Virus record (IMG/VR): IMGVR_UViG_3300025723_001543
Coordinates: 93,307-157,306 of that record
Source: a virus
Lineage: Duplodnaviria; Heunggongvirae; Uroviricota; Caudoviricetes
DNA: 64,000 bases
Reading direction: 5' to 3' (one strand)
Part shown: one piece after another, positions 1-10,573 of the stretch
How positions within the stretch are numbered: position 1 is the stretch's first letter
Layout of the letters: each line of letters begins with the position of its first letter
Program-made: the position numbers and the translations under genes
The notes under the pieces: generated by a model
The model's database searches: none
The model's input: only the letters and a program-made list of their open reading frames with translations
Told to the model about the DNA's origin: nothing

Positions 1-413
1 GTAGCATGTTTGTTGCCACCATAATTTACACTTGAATAATCAAGCATAGCAAGTTTGCCATTAACTTTAACATTTTCTGATGTTGCATATCTTAAATTAT
101 AAGGATTTTCAATATACAAAGGTCTAGCATATGACTGAGAACTTTTTATTGCAATTCTAAATTCTCTATCAATCGTATTACCGATAGTATAATCGTTAAA
201 TGGGTCTGCAAAAATACCATTTTTAAAACGTTCTTGTGTACCAGCATCATTTTTAACTGAAAGTGTTTTTGTATCAAGTTCAAGTGCATTTAAAACTGTA
301 TAGTATTCAAGTCTTTTAATTCTATCTTCCAATGCGCCAATTTCACGCATTGTATAACCCTTGATAGTCTTAATATTTACTTGTACTGAAAGGTCTTTTC
401 TATTATATGTCAT
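1..413 (-). CDS. partial structural protein (N-terminal part; gene runs off window start), distal baseplate/tail-fibre region
   Basis: Minus-strand ATG at 411-413, open to position 1 (MTYNRKDLSVQVNIKTIKGYTMREIGALEDRIKRLEYYTV...). Lies directly downstream of the baseplate wedge operon. Confidence 0.4.
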   Translation of the reverse strand, partial: MTYNRKDLSVQVNIKTIKGYTMREIGALEDRIKRLEYYTVLNALELDTKTLSVKNDAGTQERFKNGIFADPFNDYTIGNTIDREFRIAIKSSQSYARPLYIENPYNLRYATSENVKVNGKLAMLDYSSVNYGGNKHA

Positions 414-417
414 TTTA

Positions 418-3345
418 CTATTCTGCTTCTTTAAATGTTAATGAAGGATAAGGAGGTACAAAAATTTCAGCAACAGACATTCCTGCTTTATTTATTGAAG
501 GCAATTTTGGTTTTAATGCTGGTGTGCCCAATTTGGCAACTAAATCACCATTTTTTGTTATTAAAAGAACATCAATTCTTGGTAAATAAAATTCTACATC
601 ATAAACAAAATTTTGATTAGGCATAGGAACAACATTGCTATCACCTTTTAAGAAAATTCCATCATTATTTGCAGGATTTACTGTTGCAGATGAAATTGTA
701 GTAGCAATAACTGCAGTGTTTGCCATCACTGATCTAAAGTCAATAAAATTTCTCAAATCATGTGCAATCAAAGATGTGTCAATATAAAGAGGTACTTCTA
801 ATGTTCTTATTGTTGTGTTTGCATCCGCAGTATTTGAATCATCAATAGGATATGAATCGACACTAAAGAATCCAGATTGTGTTGCTGTAATATTTGCAGT
901 AAAATGATTTAACTTAACAAGAAGTTTTGATGAACTATCCAACGATCCAGCATATGCTGGGTCTAAAACAAGTTCAGAAATTCCATAATAAGCGTCTCTT
1001 TCACCATTATCAAGAGTAAACCATTGTTTTTTATCTGGGTTTGCTTCATCATAAGATGCACCAAAATGAACATTTGCAATTTTATATGCATCAGGAAGTC
1101 CAAGTGGCCATGGACCAATTGTACCAGCAGGATGAGTAGAACAATCAATTTTTATATAAGTATTTTTATGTACAACTTTTTGTATTGCAGTTGCAGCTGG
1201 TCTTCCTACTGGTATTAATCCAATGATATTATATGAAGGAGAATCTGGATCAACTTCAAGTTGTGCATGAGAAAGTGTAGATGAATCAATTACAAATGTG
1301 TTTCCACTACCAAACAAGTCAACAGGTGTGCCTTGTTTAAAGAATTTTTGAACTGTAATAGTTCCAGTTCCAGAAAGAGTTGTATTTGGAACTAATGAAA
1401 CTTTGTTTGATGTATATATCGTATTAACTGTGTGATACGTTTTTGTTGCGCCAGAAGAAAGGACAATTCCATCACCAACATTAAATGCACTTGTAAAATC
1501 ATCAGTGGATGATACATTAGAAGCAGTTGTGTTTGATGCTTCAATATTGCCGGTGGTGATGAGTGCATTAGTTGTAGTATCTTGTGCGAAAAGAAGATCA
1601 ATACCTTCTTGTTGAATATCAGAAATAGTTCCTATACCATAATCGAATATGTCTGTTCCTGTTGTACTAAAAGAAACAGAACTTCTACCAGAAGATGGAA
1701 CCAATGTTCCTGACAACATAGCTTTATAAACAAACAGTGAATTATTTTCACCAGCTCCATTCGTTAATCTTTTAACGCTGGCAAGACCTGTGTCAAATAA
1801 TGAAGCAGTAAGATTACTATCTAATACATTTGCCTTTCCAGCACCATCTAATAGAATATCAGCATATGCTTTTCCATAAGTATTATTTACATAAAAACTC
1901 TTCGCATCATTTGTAAAACTTTTGCCGGGATTCATTTTTACATTAAAAATATAAAAATTATATACTGCGAATGCTGTACCTTTACGACCATTCTCATAGC
2001 TCAAAGCTTTAATACATGCAGTACCAATCTTATTTCCAATTGGAGATGTTCTCGATTGATCTAATGTCAAAACTCCTTGAGGTGTATCATAGATATCCAT
2101 CTGATCTAAATTATTAAAATCAAAAATACCAGCATAATTATATACTTGAACATAATTGCCATAACTAGATGTTACAATTTGATTTACAAGAGTATTAGTT
2201 GTCAAAGCTCTTGGAGCAAAAATTTTCTTTGGTGAAAGAAATTCTACACGATAACCATCGACATATCCAATTCCTGCAGATACGTTATAAAAGAAAACAT
2301 TGGCATTATATGAAGTGACATCTACCTGAAATGCATTGACAACAAAATCTCCAGCTTCTTCAGAAGTTCTCTTTGCCATTGTATCCATTATAGTACTATA
2401 TTGTGGATTAGTATTATTGATGACAAGTCTGCCATCTCCACCATCATATGAAAGAACATTTAAGAAATTTGCTGGTATAGTTACTTGAGTATTTGATGCA
2501 TCATAGTATACAGGTTCTGGAACAAGTTTAAGTCTATATGCACCGGGAGCATTATAGTTAGGACTACCAATAGAATTGTCATATAATGAATCATCTTCTA
2601 CAGAAGAAACAATATATTCTTTTGTATCAAACCCAACAACCATCCCTGCAACATTTACAGTATTTTCTTTTATAATAATATTTGTCGGTAAAGTTTTTAA
2701 GAAAAACCCTTTTTGATAAATTACGCCTTCTGAAAGACGAAGCCCATATCCTTGACCAAGAGCATTTACTGTGCTATTTGATGAAAGAGTATACAAAACT
2801 CCTAATTTATTTGCATTATTTAAAATACCAGTTTTGTCTTGATAAGAATTATAAACATCAATTTGCTCTGATGTTTGATTGAATTGGTTTACTTCTATAC
2901 CAGCATTGTTTCCAGATGTTACATATCGTATATAAGCTCTGTTTGTATCTAATGAACCAAAATTAACTGCAGATTCTGTTCCACTATATGCTCTAAATAC
3001 GGCTGCTCTAAGACCTGATGTATTAGATACAAGTAAATAGCTATTAGCAACATCAGGTAAATCACCAACAATAGTATTAAAATCTAAACTATTTGTAGAA
3101 TTATCTTTAAATCTTATGCAATAAAAATCAGATTGCTTGAATCCACAACCTTCTATAATTGAACCATCTTTGTAAATACTATTGCCAAATTTAGAAATTT
3201 GCCATTGAAGAATTGTCTGAAGCTGAGTTAATTCTCTTGCCTGAACAGCTGTGGCTGGACGAAACAATATTCTATAATATTGTTTGTTCTCATCAAAATC
3301 GTCAAAAAATGGAGCTATATTAAAATTCGTCTGTAACTCAGCCAT
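418..3345 (-). CDS. large structural protein (975 aa), baseplate-distal / short-fibre-like; not confidently mapped to T4 gp9-gp12
   Basis: Long ORF in the six-frame track, co-oriented and tightly packed with gp6/gp7/gp8 homologs. No catalytic motifs seen. Confidence 0.4.
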   Translation of the reverse strand: MAELQTNFNIAPFFDDFDENKQYYRILFRPATAVQARELTQLQTILQWQISKFGNSIYKDGSIIEGCGFKQSDFYCIRFKDNSTNSLDFNTIVGDLPDVANSYLLVSNTSGLRAAVFRAYSGTESAVNFGSLDTNRAYIRYVTSGNNAGIEVNQFNQTSEQIDVYNSYQDKTGILNNANKLGVLYTLSSNSTVNALGQGYGLRLSEGVIYQKGFFLKTLPTNIIIKENTVNVAGMVVGFDTKEYIVSSVEDDSLYDNSIGSPNYNAPGAYRLKLVPEPVYYDASNTQVTIPANFLNVLSYDGGDGRLVINNTNPQYSTIMDTMAKRTSEEAGDFVVNAFQVDVTSYNANVFFYNVSAGIGYVDGYRVEFLSPKKIFAPRALTTNTLVNQIVTSSYGNYVQVYNYAGIFDFNNLDQMDIYDTPQGVLTLDQSRTSPIGNKIGTACIKALSYENGRKGTAFAVYNFYIFNVKMNPGKSFTNDAKSFYVNNTYGKAYADILLDGAGKANVLDSNLTASLFDTGLASVKRLTNGAGENNSLFVYKAMLSGTLVPSSGRSSVSFSTTGTDIFDYGIGTISDIQQEGIDLLFAQDTTTNALITTGNIEASNTTASNVSSTDDFTSAFNVGDGIVLSSGATKTYHTVNTIYTSNKVSLVPNTTLSGTGTITVQKFFKQGTPVDLFGSGNTFVIDSSTLSHAQLEVDPDSPSYNIIGLIPVGRPAATAIQKVVHKNTYIKIDCSTHPAGTIGPWPLGLPDAYKIANVHFGASYDEANPDKKQWFTLDNGERDAYYGISELVLDPAYAGSLDSSSKLLVKLNHFTANITATQSGFFSVDSYPIDDSNTADANTTIRTLEVPLYIDTSLIAHDLRNFIDFRSVMANTAVIATTISSATVNPANNDGIFLKGDSNVVPMPNQNFVYDVEFYLPRIDVLLITKNGDLVAKLGTPALKPKLPSINKAGMSVAEIFVPPYPSLTFKEAE

Positions 3346-3354
3346 TGGTAGTCC

Positions 3355-4842
3355 TTAAATTGAAAAATACAATTTTAATTGTTCTGTTGTTATGCCTTGT
3401 CTACTAATAGGTTCTATATTTTTATAATAAAATATATTGGCGCTATATGGTACAATATCAGAAGTATTTATAGCTGCAGGAATAGCTGTTTCACCAGTAT
3501 AAAAACCAGTAACAGTTTCATATGGAGTAAATACTCCTTGTACATTCTTCAAATATAATTTTTCTGCATTCATATAAACAACAATTCCTGTTGCCCCACT
3601 TAAGTAACCAGTTACAATTTCCCCTTCTCCCATAAGACCACTAAAAGTATCTAATGCAAGAACATGTAATTGTAAAAATGTATTATCAATATACCTAAAT
3701 CCATCTAAAGTTGATATTGGATTATACATCAAAGATGCTTGTCTATATGTAATCCAATTTGGAAAATTATCACCTATATCTGTAGAAACAGAAACACCTA
3801 ATGTTGAACAATCTAATTCATATATTGTATTTGCACCATGACCATATTTTGGTGATATTATTGGATAAGTTGTTGCATCCATTCCAAAATAAGAATTTGC
3901 AACAATCTGAGTTGTGCAATAATTATATCCCATACCTCTTGCAATAACACGTATATTTTTTATTTCACCATGAAGCGGATCAACATCACATATAGCAAAA
4001 GCACCAATTCCATCTCCTTGAAACTGAACCTGTGGCGAAATAACAAAACTATTATTTACAATTTCAGTTATAGGCGATAGAGTAGAGATATATCTTCCAG
4101 CTGTATTTACTGTGTAATCACTAATTATAGATACAGAACGTGATGTAGGTCCACCAGCATAAAATGTAGATAAATTATATGATCCTGCAATAGATGATGT
4201 ATTCGTATTAGTAATTTTAAATGTGTTATTGTCTATGATCATGTCAATTTGACCATTAGCAGACATATAACCAGTTCCAGTATTACTTACCATACAAACA
4301 TGAATAGCGCCATCTTCAGCATTGCTAATAACTTCCGCATCACTTAATACAGGAATATAAGAATTGGTTGTAAATTTTTTTGTTAGAATACTAGAAATTG
4401 TGTAAAGATATTTCCATTTATATCCATCACTAGTGTTGAAATCGCCAACAGCTATGTCACCTTCAGGCATAACAATAGAAGGTGACATATAATTATTAAA
4501 TAAACATTTGTAAACTCTGTTTGAAGAATTTAATACATAATACATTTTAGAAGAAATATTTGGATCAGTATTATCATATTGATCATAAACAGTATTTGCT
4601 GTCCAATTTATTCTTGGAATAACAAATCCTACATCTTCTGGAACAACTCTTTTACCAAAAAGTAAATCTTTTTGTACATCATAATAATATGACTGTATAC
4701 TTTCATTTGTAGAAGGAGGATTCTGATCATCATCCCACATATCATTTTTACCAAACCCAACATAGTAACTGAAAGATGTATTAGAGATATTAGTTACTAT
4801 ATCTTCTATAATTTTTGTTTTGAAAGTTTGGTTAAAGGTCAT
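3355..4842 (-). CDS. 8: baseplate wedge protein, gp8-like
   Basis: Segments YYVGFGKNDMWDDD and RINWTANTVYDQYDNTDPNISSKMYYVLNSSNRVYKCLFN resemble remembered T4 gp8 (FITFGRSEPWSSNENE; RRDWGDTRYPDPYTFRINDIVVCNSAPYNATE...YRCLD). The ORF sits after gp7-like in wedge-operon order. Confidence 0.5.
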   Translation of the reverse strand: MTFNQTFKTKIIEDIVTNISNTSFSYYVGFGKNDMWDDDQNPPSTNESIQSYYYDVQKDLLFGKRVVPEDVGFVIPRINWTANTVYDQYDNTDPNISSKMYYVLNSSNRVYKCLFNNYMSPSIVMPEGDIAVGDFNTSDGYKWKYLYTISSILTKKFTTNSYIPVLSDAEVISNAEDGAIHVCMVSNTGTGYMSANGQIDMIIDNNTFKITNTNTSSIAGSYNLSTFYAGGPTSRSVSIISDYTVNTAGRYISTLSPITEIVNNSFVISPQVQFQGDGIGAFAICDVDPLHGEIKNIRVIARGMGYNYCTTQIVANSYFGMDATTYPIISPKYGHGANTIYELDCSTLGVSVSTDIGDNFPNWITYRQASLMYNPISTLDGFRYIDNTFLQLHVLALDTFSGLMGEGEIVTGYLSGATGIVVYMNAEKLYLKNVQGVFTPYETVTGFYTGETAIPAAINTSDIVPYSANIFYYKNIEPISRQGITTEQLKLYFSI

Positions 4843-4859
4843 ATTTTTAATTTACTTTC

Positions 4860-6470
4860 TTATGAATATAATACAGAGAAAAGATCAGTTTCTAGATTTA
4901 GGTTAAAATTGTTATCTGATATTATTAAGGGTTTGCCAAACATCATGTTACCTACAGGATGCATAACTTTTTTAACTACATCAACATATTTATCTAAAGA
5001 TTTTTCAACTTGTATTTCATATGAGTAATCTTGATAATAATAACTGTCCTGAATATATTTATCGGTGTTCAACAATCCTGTATTATCTGACCATCTTCCT
5101 TCTTCCATACCAACACCAGCAACATTTATTGTTAACTGAACTTCAGTATCTTGATTTCTTGGATTAGAGAATGTTAAGCTTTCTCCTTGTGTATTAAATC
5201 CGAATCCAGATGAAAGAAGTTTAACGTCGCCCACAGTTCCATTTGCAGCAGCCAATTCTGCAGTTATTACAGCATTGTTCCCCCATATTCCACCTTTGGA
5301 ATCGGTATACCCATATCCGGTAATCAATGGTTCTGTCACTGATACTTGTAAAGACCCGTTGTACTTTCTATCTCCAGAAGTAGTTGCATGTATTTCTGAT
5401 ATTGTTCCGATTGTTATATCATCAAATGTCAAAGCTTCCTGTAGAACAGAATTAACATTTGTATTATTTAAAACAGAACCATAATCTGCAGAAGATAGTA
5501 ATGTAGCAGCAGAGTCCGATAATAAATTGCTGTTTATACTAATGACAGAAGTATTGCTAATAGTTTTAATTTTAAAAGATGCACCACTTCCCATTGTTGC
5601 GGTTCTATATCCTATAGAAATATGTGAGTTAGCACGATATCCATATCCACCATCAACAATTTTAAAAGTAATATAACCAATATTTTTGCCATAATCTAGG
5701 AGAGCTTTTACATTAAATTGCAATCCCTTTGCTGAATCTGTATTTACTACAAGAACATCATTTATAGCATTATCTGCACCAGATGAATCCACTGTAGCAC
5801 TTCTAGCAGAACCAAGAACATAGGATGTGTTAGATAAAGTTGTAAACCCATCATATGTCAAATACTCACCAATTCCAAACTCATCTCCATTCTTTCCATA
5901 ATGCAAGTCTGTTATAAAAAGAATATAACAAATTTTATCACCAATGTACAATTCAACTGCTTCGTCTACATAAGCTATTGCACCAGTAGTAGTGCCAGTT
6001 ATAAATTTATTTAAATATGAAAAATGATTGGTACTATTTTTTGGTATAACTTCAATGTATTTTCTTTGATACCATTTACCACTTGAAGGTTTTAAAATAT
6101 CAATCTGAGGTAGATAAATTTCTATATTCTTGTTATAAAGCAATCTAAAAAGAAGCTTCATTCCTTCAGATGCACCTTTAGAACGATATACATCTAGTAT
6201 GTGTTTTTCAAGAAATCTTTTATCAGTAAGAATATTTTTTGGAATACCATCCATATATTTTGTCATAAAATATTTGACGTATTCATCGAGAGTTTGATCT
6301 ATGTCTCTATATTCACCAAGTCTTCTAGTTTTATATCCTACAGATGCCTCAGAGTCCATCCATTCGTAATATGCTTTTATAAATTGTATAAAATTTTCTC
6401 CTTCTTCTTTATAAAAAGAAGGGAATTGATTTTCTATTAAAGGAGCAATATTTTTTAAATCTGTAAACAT
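4860..6470 (-). CDS. 7: baseplate wedge protein, gp7-like (short form)
   Basis: KGASEGMKLLFRLLYNKNIEIY resembles remembered T4 gp7 C-terminal region (KGIEASYKFLFKVLYNEEVEIE). Position is immediately after gp6. Confidence 0.45.
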   Translation of the reverse strand: MFTDLKNIAPLIENQFPSFYKEEGENFIQFIKAYYEWMDSEASVGYKTRRLGEYRDIDQTLDEYVKYFMTKYMDGIPKNILTDKRFLEKHILDVYRSKGASEGMKLLFRLLYNKNIEIYLPQIDILKPSSGKWYQRKYIEVIPKNSTNHFSYLNKFITGTTTGAIAYVDEAVELYIGDKICYILFITDLHYGKNGDEFGIGEYLTYDGFTTLSNTSYVLGSARSATVDSSGADNAINDVLVVNTDSAKGLQFNVKALLDYGKNIGYITFKIVDGGYGYRANSHISIGYRTATMGSGASFKIKTISNTSVISINSNLLSDSAATLLSSADYGSVLNNTNVNSVLQEALTFDDITIGTISEIHATTSGDRKYNGSLQVSVTEPLITGYGYTDSKGGIWGNNAVITAELAAANGTVGDVKLLSSGFGFNTQGESLTFSNPRNQDTEVQLTINVAGVGMEEGRWSDNTGLLNTDKYIQDSYYYQDYSYEIQVEKSLDKYVDVVKKVMHPVGNMMFGKPLIISDNNFNLNLETDLFSVLYS

Positions 6471-6472
6471 TT

Positions 6473-8263
6473 TTATGATACTGGAGTTATAAGGACAACA
6501 ATTTTACTATAATCTATCTTTAAAAATTTGCTTTCATTTACTGTAATATCTGCAGCATTTGGCTTTGCATAAAAATCAACAGATTGGCTATAATTATAAG
6601 GGTTGATATCAAGCTGAACATCACCAGTTGTATAATTTACAGTACCAATACTTGGGTTCAAAATAACTCTATTCCCAGTCGAAGATGTATAACAAAGTCT
6701 TAGATTGCCTACACCATCATCCGTGATAAGAACATTTTGAAATAATGTCATTCCTTGAGCATATGAGAACAAACTACTCTGGAATATTTCTGGCTCACCA
6801 TTATTGTAAATATATTTTAAAGGTCTATAAAGAGCATTAGAGAAAGAAAAATTAATTCTCTGTGTTCTACCTTTTATAGGAGTAGTTTTATAGATCATTC
6901 TTATTGCAGTATCGTTACTTACAATAGAAGGGTCTGAAGAATCTATCATTGCCATCAATTTTGATTTTCTAAAATCGCTACCAAATTCTGTAAGATGATC
7001 ATTATCATAATTTTGTATAGAATTTGTAACATCAGTTATTAATTGATTGGATGTTTTGTGAGTTAATTTGGGGTCATAGATTACACTGGCAACAACTCTA
7101 ACATACAAATATTCTGGATCATATATTAATGGTACAGTTGTCATTGTTTTAGTTAAAAGAAAATTAATAATTGATTGTTTTAATTGTGAAGATATAAAAG
7201 GAATTGAACCATATGGAATTGGTGTTATAATTACTTTTCCGTATTGTGGAGGAACAGCATTTTCACCGCCATATACGCCAACAGTTTTAATCTGTGGAAA
7301 TTGATTTCTAACGAGTGTTATAAAATCATCTTTTGTAACACCTCTGTCCTGAGTAGTGAAGTGTCTAGGAGAATAAAATTTTATAGAATTGATATCTTCT
7401 CTTTCAGAACCATCCATAGCCACAATGTTTGTGGTAACAGCTACATCATACATATCATTTATTCTTCTGGAAACAGTAAAGTTAGAAACTTTATTTCCCA
7501 AATCACCATTTGTTGATCTATAATCAACTTTTACTATATTGCCATTTGTCAATGCCTTTGATACAATTCCATCACCAAATACAACTTCATATTGGTTTTC
7601 TTTGTATCCTTGCAAGAAATATACTTCAGAATTGGCAGTCAATCCAAGAAGACTTTCTGAATAAGCATATACATTATTAGCGGAATCTGTGTTAGAATTG
7701 ATGACTGTTACTATGATACTATTTGTATCAATATTTTCAGACTGAAGTACATAATTTGAACCATCAGTAACTGTAAAATATTCTGTTACAATTTTTCCTT
7801 CATATACATATATTGGTCCAGTAGAATATACGCCATTTCTATTAAATACGATTATATCTTCATCTGTAGTAAACTCAAGATTTACTTGATTGATAGTTGA
7901 TCTAATAGAATAATATTGTGGAATCATAACTGATGCTGGTGTATCAGCGCCTGTATTAATTGTTAGTGTAACCAAAGCTCTTGCAGATGTTCTAGAACGT
8001 GGAAGATAATTTAATTCTTTGGCATGTGAAACGACAGATTCTTTTAATTGAGCAGTGTCAAGAAACATTTCGCTTCCTACCATATTCAGATAGAAAGCAT
8101 CAATATATGTGTTATATGAAAGAACGTCTAGTAATTCACTGAGATTAGAACCTTCAAAATCATAATCTTTAAACTCAGTTTTCGCCTTGAGAAATGATTT
8201 TAGATTTTGTTTGATGCCATCAAAACTAGCTTCTGAAACTGAAAGAAATCCTGTGTTTGCCAT
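6473..8263 (-). CDS. 6: baseplate wedge protein gp6
   Basis: N-terminus IKQNLKSFLKAKTEFKDYDFEGSNLSELLDVLSYNTYIDAFY...NYLPRSRTSARA aligns with T4 gp6 (IKQNLIEWLNGQNEFLDYDFEGSRLNVLCDLLAYNTLYIQQF...GYLPTSKSAAQ). Confidence 0.85.
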   Translation of the reverse strand: MANTGFLSVSEASFDGIKQNLKSFLKAKTEFKDYDFEGSNLSELLDVLSYNTYIDAFYLNMVGSEMFLDTAQLKESVVSHAKELNYLPRSRTSARALVTLTINTGADTPASVMIPQYYSIRSTINQVNLEFTTDEDIIVFNRNGVYSTGPIYVYEGKIVTEYFTVTDGSNYVLQSENIDTNSIIVTVINSNTDSANNVYAYSESLLGLTANSEVYFLQGYKENQYEVVFGDGIVSKALTNGNIVKVDYRSTNGDLGNKVSNFTVSRRINDMYDVAVTTNIVAMDGSEREDINSIKFYSPRHFTTQDRGVTKDDFITLVRNQFPQIKTVGVYGGENAVPPQYGKVIITPIPYGSIPFISSQLKQSIINFLLTKTMTTVPLIYDPEYLYVRVVASVIYDPKLTHKTSNQLITDVTNSIQNYDNDHLTEFGSDFRKSKLMAMIDSSDPSIVSNDTAIRMIYKTTPIKGRTQRINFSFSNALYRPLKYIYNNGEPEIFQSSLFSYAQGMTLFQNVLITDDGVGNLRLCYTSSTGNRVILNPSIGTVNYTTGDVQLDINPYNYSQSVDFYAKPNAADITVNESKFLKIDYSKIVVLITPVS

Positions 8264-8264
8264 A

Positions 8265-8681
8265 TTATCTTACTCTTCTTAATAAAACATCTAGAGTTAC
8301 TGGATTGATATTATTTAACACAGAAAATATAATTGAAGCAGAATACATGTTTTGATCTGGCAATGCCTTCACAGAAACATTAATAAGATTGGCTCTTGGT
8401 TCGTAGTTCGTTATTACTTCTTTTATTTTTTCTTTTATCAAAAATTCTGTGTCTTGAGTAATATTTTCAAATAAATATGCCTTAAGACCAGCACCTATAT
8501 TGGGGCTAAAAAATCTTTCGTATGGCTCAGTAAACATTAAATTTATAATAGAACGTTTTACTGCGTTTTCATTAGTCAATAGTATTAGATCACCCTTTAC
8601 TGGGTGTATTATAAAATTAGTAGTGAGGTCTGAATAGAGTGTCTGTGTTGTCATTTTATTATTTATAATGATGTTCTGCAA
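8265..8681 (-). CDS. 25: baseplate wedge protein gp25 (lysozyme-fold sheath initiator)
   Basis: 138 aa. LYSDL...FENIT...NYEPRANLINVSV matches the T4 gp25/GPW family pattern (LYSDI...FENMT...NYEPRIDKLAVNV). Confidence 0.8.
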   Translation of the reverse strand: MQNIIINNKMTTQTLYSDLTTNFIIHPVKGDLILLTNENAVKRSIINLMFTEPYERFFSPNIGAGLKAYLFENITQDTEFLIKEKIKEVITNYEPRANLINVSVKALPDQNMYSASIIFSVLNNINPVTLDVLLRRVR

Positions 8682-10573
8682 GTTTGAAGGAATTGTGGAT
8701 TATATCTTTGAATATCATTTGCAGCAGATGATGCTAATTTCCAACCATCAGAAATAGGTTTAGAACCAAATGGACTGAAAGATTCGCCAGAAATAGCTGC
8801 ACTCATTCCTATTACAAAAGGTATTGCATTATCTGAACGTCTCATTTCTATAGATGCATTCGTTTTAACATTTAATATATTGCATACATTGCCTATCATA
8901 GTCTGCATACTTTTTCCAAAATATGTGCTTGTATCTGGTATAGAAGATGAACCAGTCACCATTTTTGATACTACAGAACCTATATCCATAGCTCCACCAA
9001 AAGATGCAAAGTTCTGCATACCAAATGAGTCAGCACCAGTTCCACCAGTGGGATTGCCAAATGATCCTACTTTTCTGCAAAATAGTTGATCTACAGCTGG
9101 AAGAGCGCATGGGGTTTCGCCAAAAAATGCTTTACCAGCATAAGATGGCGGTCTAAGAGTTGGGTTATTGGCAATTTTTTGTGTTGGAATTCTAGTACCT
9201 GTAATTAGTTCTGACATAAAATTGCCAATTGCTAAACCACCTGTTTGCTGTAAAAGTGGGCCAGCCGCAACACCACCAAGCGCACCAAATTGGCTAAGGA
9301 CACCACCAAGAGGAGAAGCACTTAATAAATTTTGAACAGCACCTACACCAATTTGTGTGGCTATCTGAGCAATGCTTCCTGAAGGATTTGTCAAAGCAGT
9401 TGCGCCAAGACCTATAGAAGAACCGGATGCAAGTTGAATTGCAGAAGCAATAGCATTACTTATGGAACTAGAAGAAAGATTTGGGGCATTACTAAGTACG
9501 CCAATATTTCCATTTAAATTAGAAGCGGCTGAAAGTATAACTGGTCCAAGAACGCCTAATGACATAGCAAGATCACTTGACCTTTGCACATTACCAAAAC
9601 TTGTATTATATGGGTTTGCTGCTGGTTGGCTACTTAAATAAAGACTTGAATATGTATTAATAATTGATGATAATGCATTAGCAAGATAAGCAACTTTATA
9701 AATGTCACTCAATGCAAGTATTCCTCTAATATTTCTTATGTAATTTTGATCTTCTAGTTCTGGAATACCAACAACCTGTGATATATGAACCATGTCAGAA
9801 GGATTTTCTATTGCGGCTAATACGTAAAAGAATTTTTCTAAAACATCAAATGGAACAACACCATATGATGCCAATTCTCTAGATTTTTTATCTATAGCGG
9901 TTTTTTCTATATCCGTCAAAAAATAACTTGATGTGTTTGATGATGAAGTTGGGAGACGAACATAATTTGGTGGGGCAGTTTTTTTCTGTAAAATGCCAGC
10001 AAACCCAGCAACAGCTGAACACATATTAACAGCTTTGCCAAATGCAGCATCAGAATTCTTCATAGATTGATCACCAAAGAAACCAGGATTGCTATATACA
10101 CCAACTTGTGTTAAAGCAGCCGTATCTTTGTTCATATTTGGTTTTGAAGAACTGCCAGTGGAATTGCCATTTGTATCAAATTGTGGTTGACTTGAATTTG
10201 GTGCTGGAGTACTATCACCGGATTTTAAATCAGAAACATCATTAGTAGAAGTTAATTTTGAATTAAAATAATTTTGAGCTGGCATAGAATTGTCAGCTGC
10301 AGCATCGGCAGTCGGCAACGAATAATTTGTAGTGGGTGCATTATACCCAGTGGTGACTGTAGGATTGGCTACATTTGTACTATAAAAATTTTGAGAGCCA
10401 GTTGAATTATATGAATAATTTGTACTTGGTGCATTAACATTAGTAATATCAGTTGTAACTGATGGATTGGCTACATTTGTACTATAAAAATCTTGTGCTG
10501 GCATAGAATTATCAGCAACCGTCTCTGCACTATTAGGAGCATTGAATCCAGTAATTGAAAAATTATTAGGCAT
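8663..10573 (-). CDS. S/T/N/G-rich structural protein with N-terminal tandem peptide repeats (function unknown, baseplate operon)
   Basis: 636 aa low-complexity protein. Repeats FYSTNVANP(S/T)VTT and MPAQ(D/N)(F/Y) are encoded by imperfect DNA duplications at about 10270-10530. Confidence 0.4.
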   Translation of the reverse strand: MPNNFSITGFNAPNSAETVADNSMPAQDFYSTNVANPSVTTDITNVNAPSTNYSYNSTGSQNFYSTNVANPTVTTGYNAPTTNYSLPTADAAADNSMPAQNYFNSKLTSTNDVSDLKSGDSTPAPNSSQPQFDTNGNSTGSSSKPNMNKDTAALTQVGVYSNPGFFGDQSMKNSDAAFGKAVNMCSAVAGFAGILQKKTAPPNYVRLPTSSSNTSSYFLTDIEKTAIDKKSRELASYGVVPFDVLEKFFYVLAAIENPSDMVHISQVVGIPELEDQNYIRNIRGILALSDIYKVAYLANALSSIINTYSSLYLSSQPAANPYNTSFGNVQRSSDLAMSLGVLGPVILSAASNLNGNIGVLSNAPNLSSSSISNAIASAIQLASGSSIGLGATALTNPSGSIAQIATQIGVGAVQNLLSASPLGGVLSQFGALGGVAAGPLLQQTGGLAIGNFMSELITGTRIPTQKIANNPTLRPPSYAGKAFFGETPCALPAVDQLFCRKVGSFGNPTGGTGADSFGMQNFASFGGAMDIGSVVSKMVTGSSSIPDTSTYFGKSMQTMIGNVCNILNVKTNASIEMRRSDNAIPFVIGMSAAISGESFSPFGSKPISDGWKLASSAANDIQRYNPQFLQTCRTSL

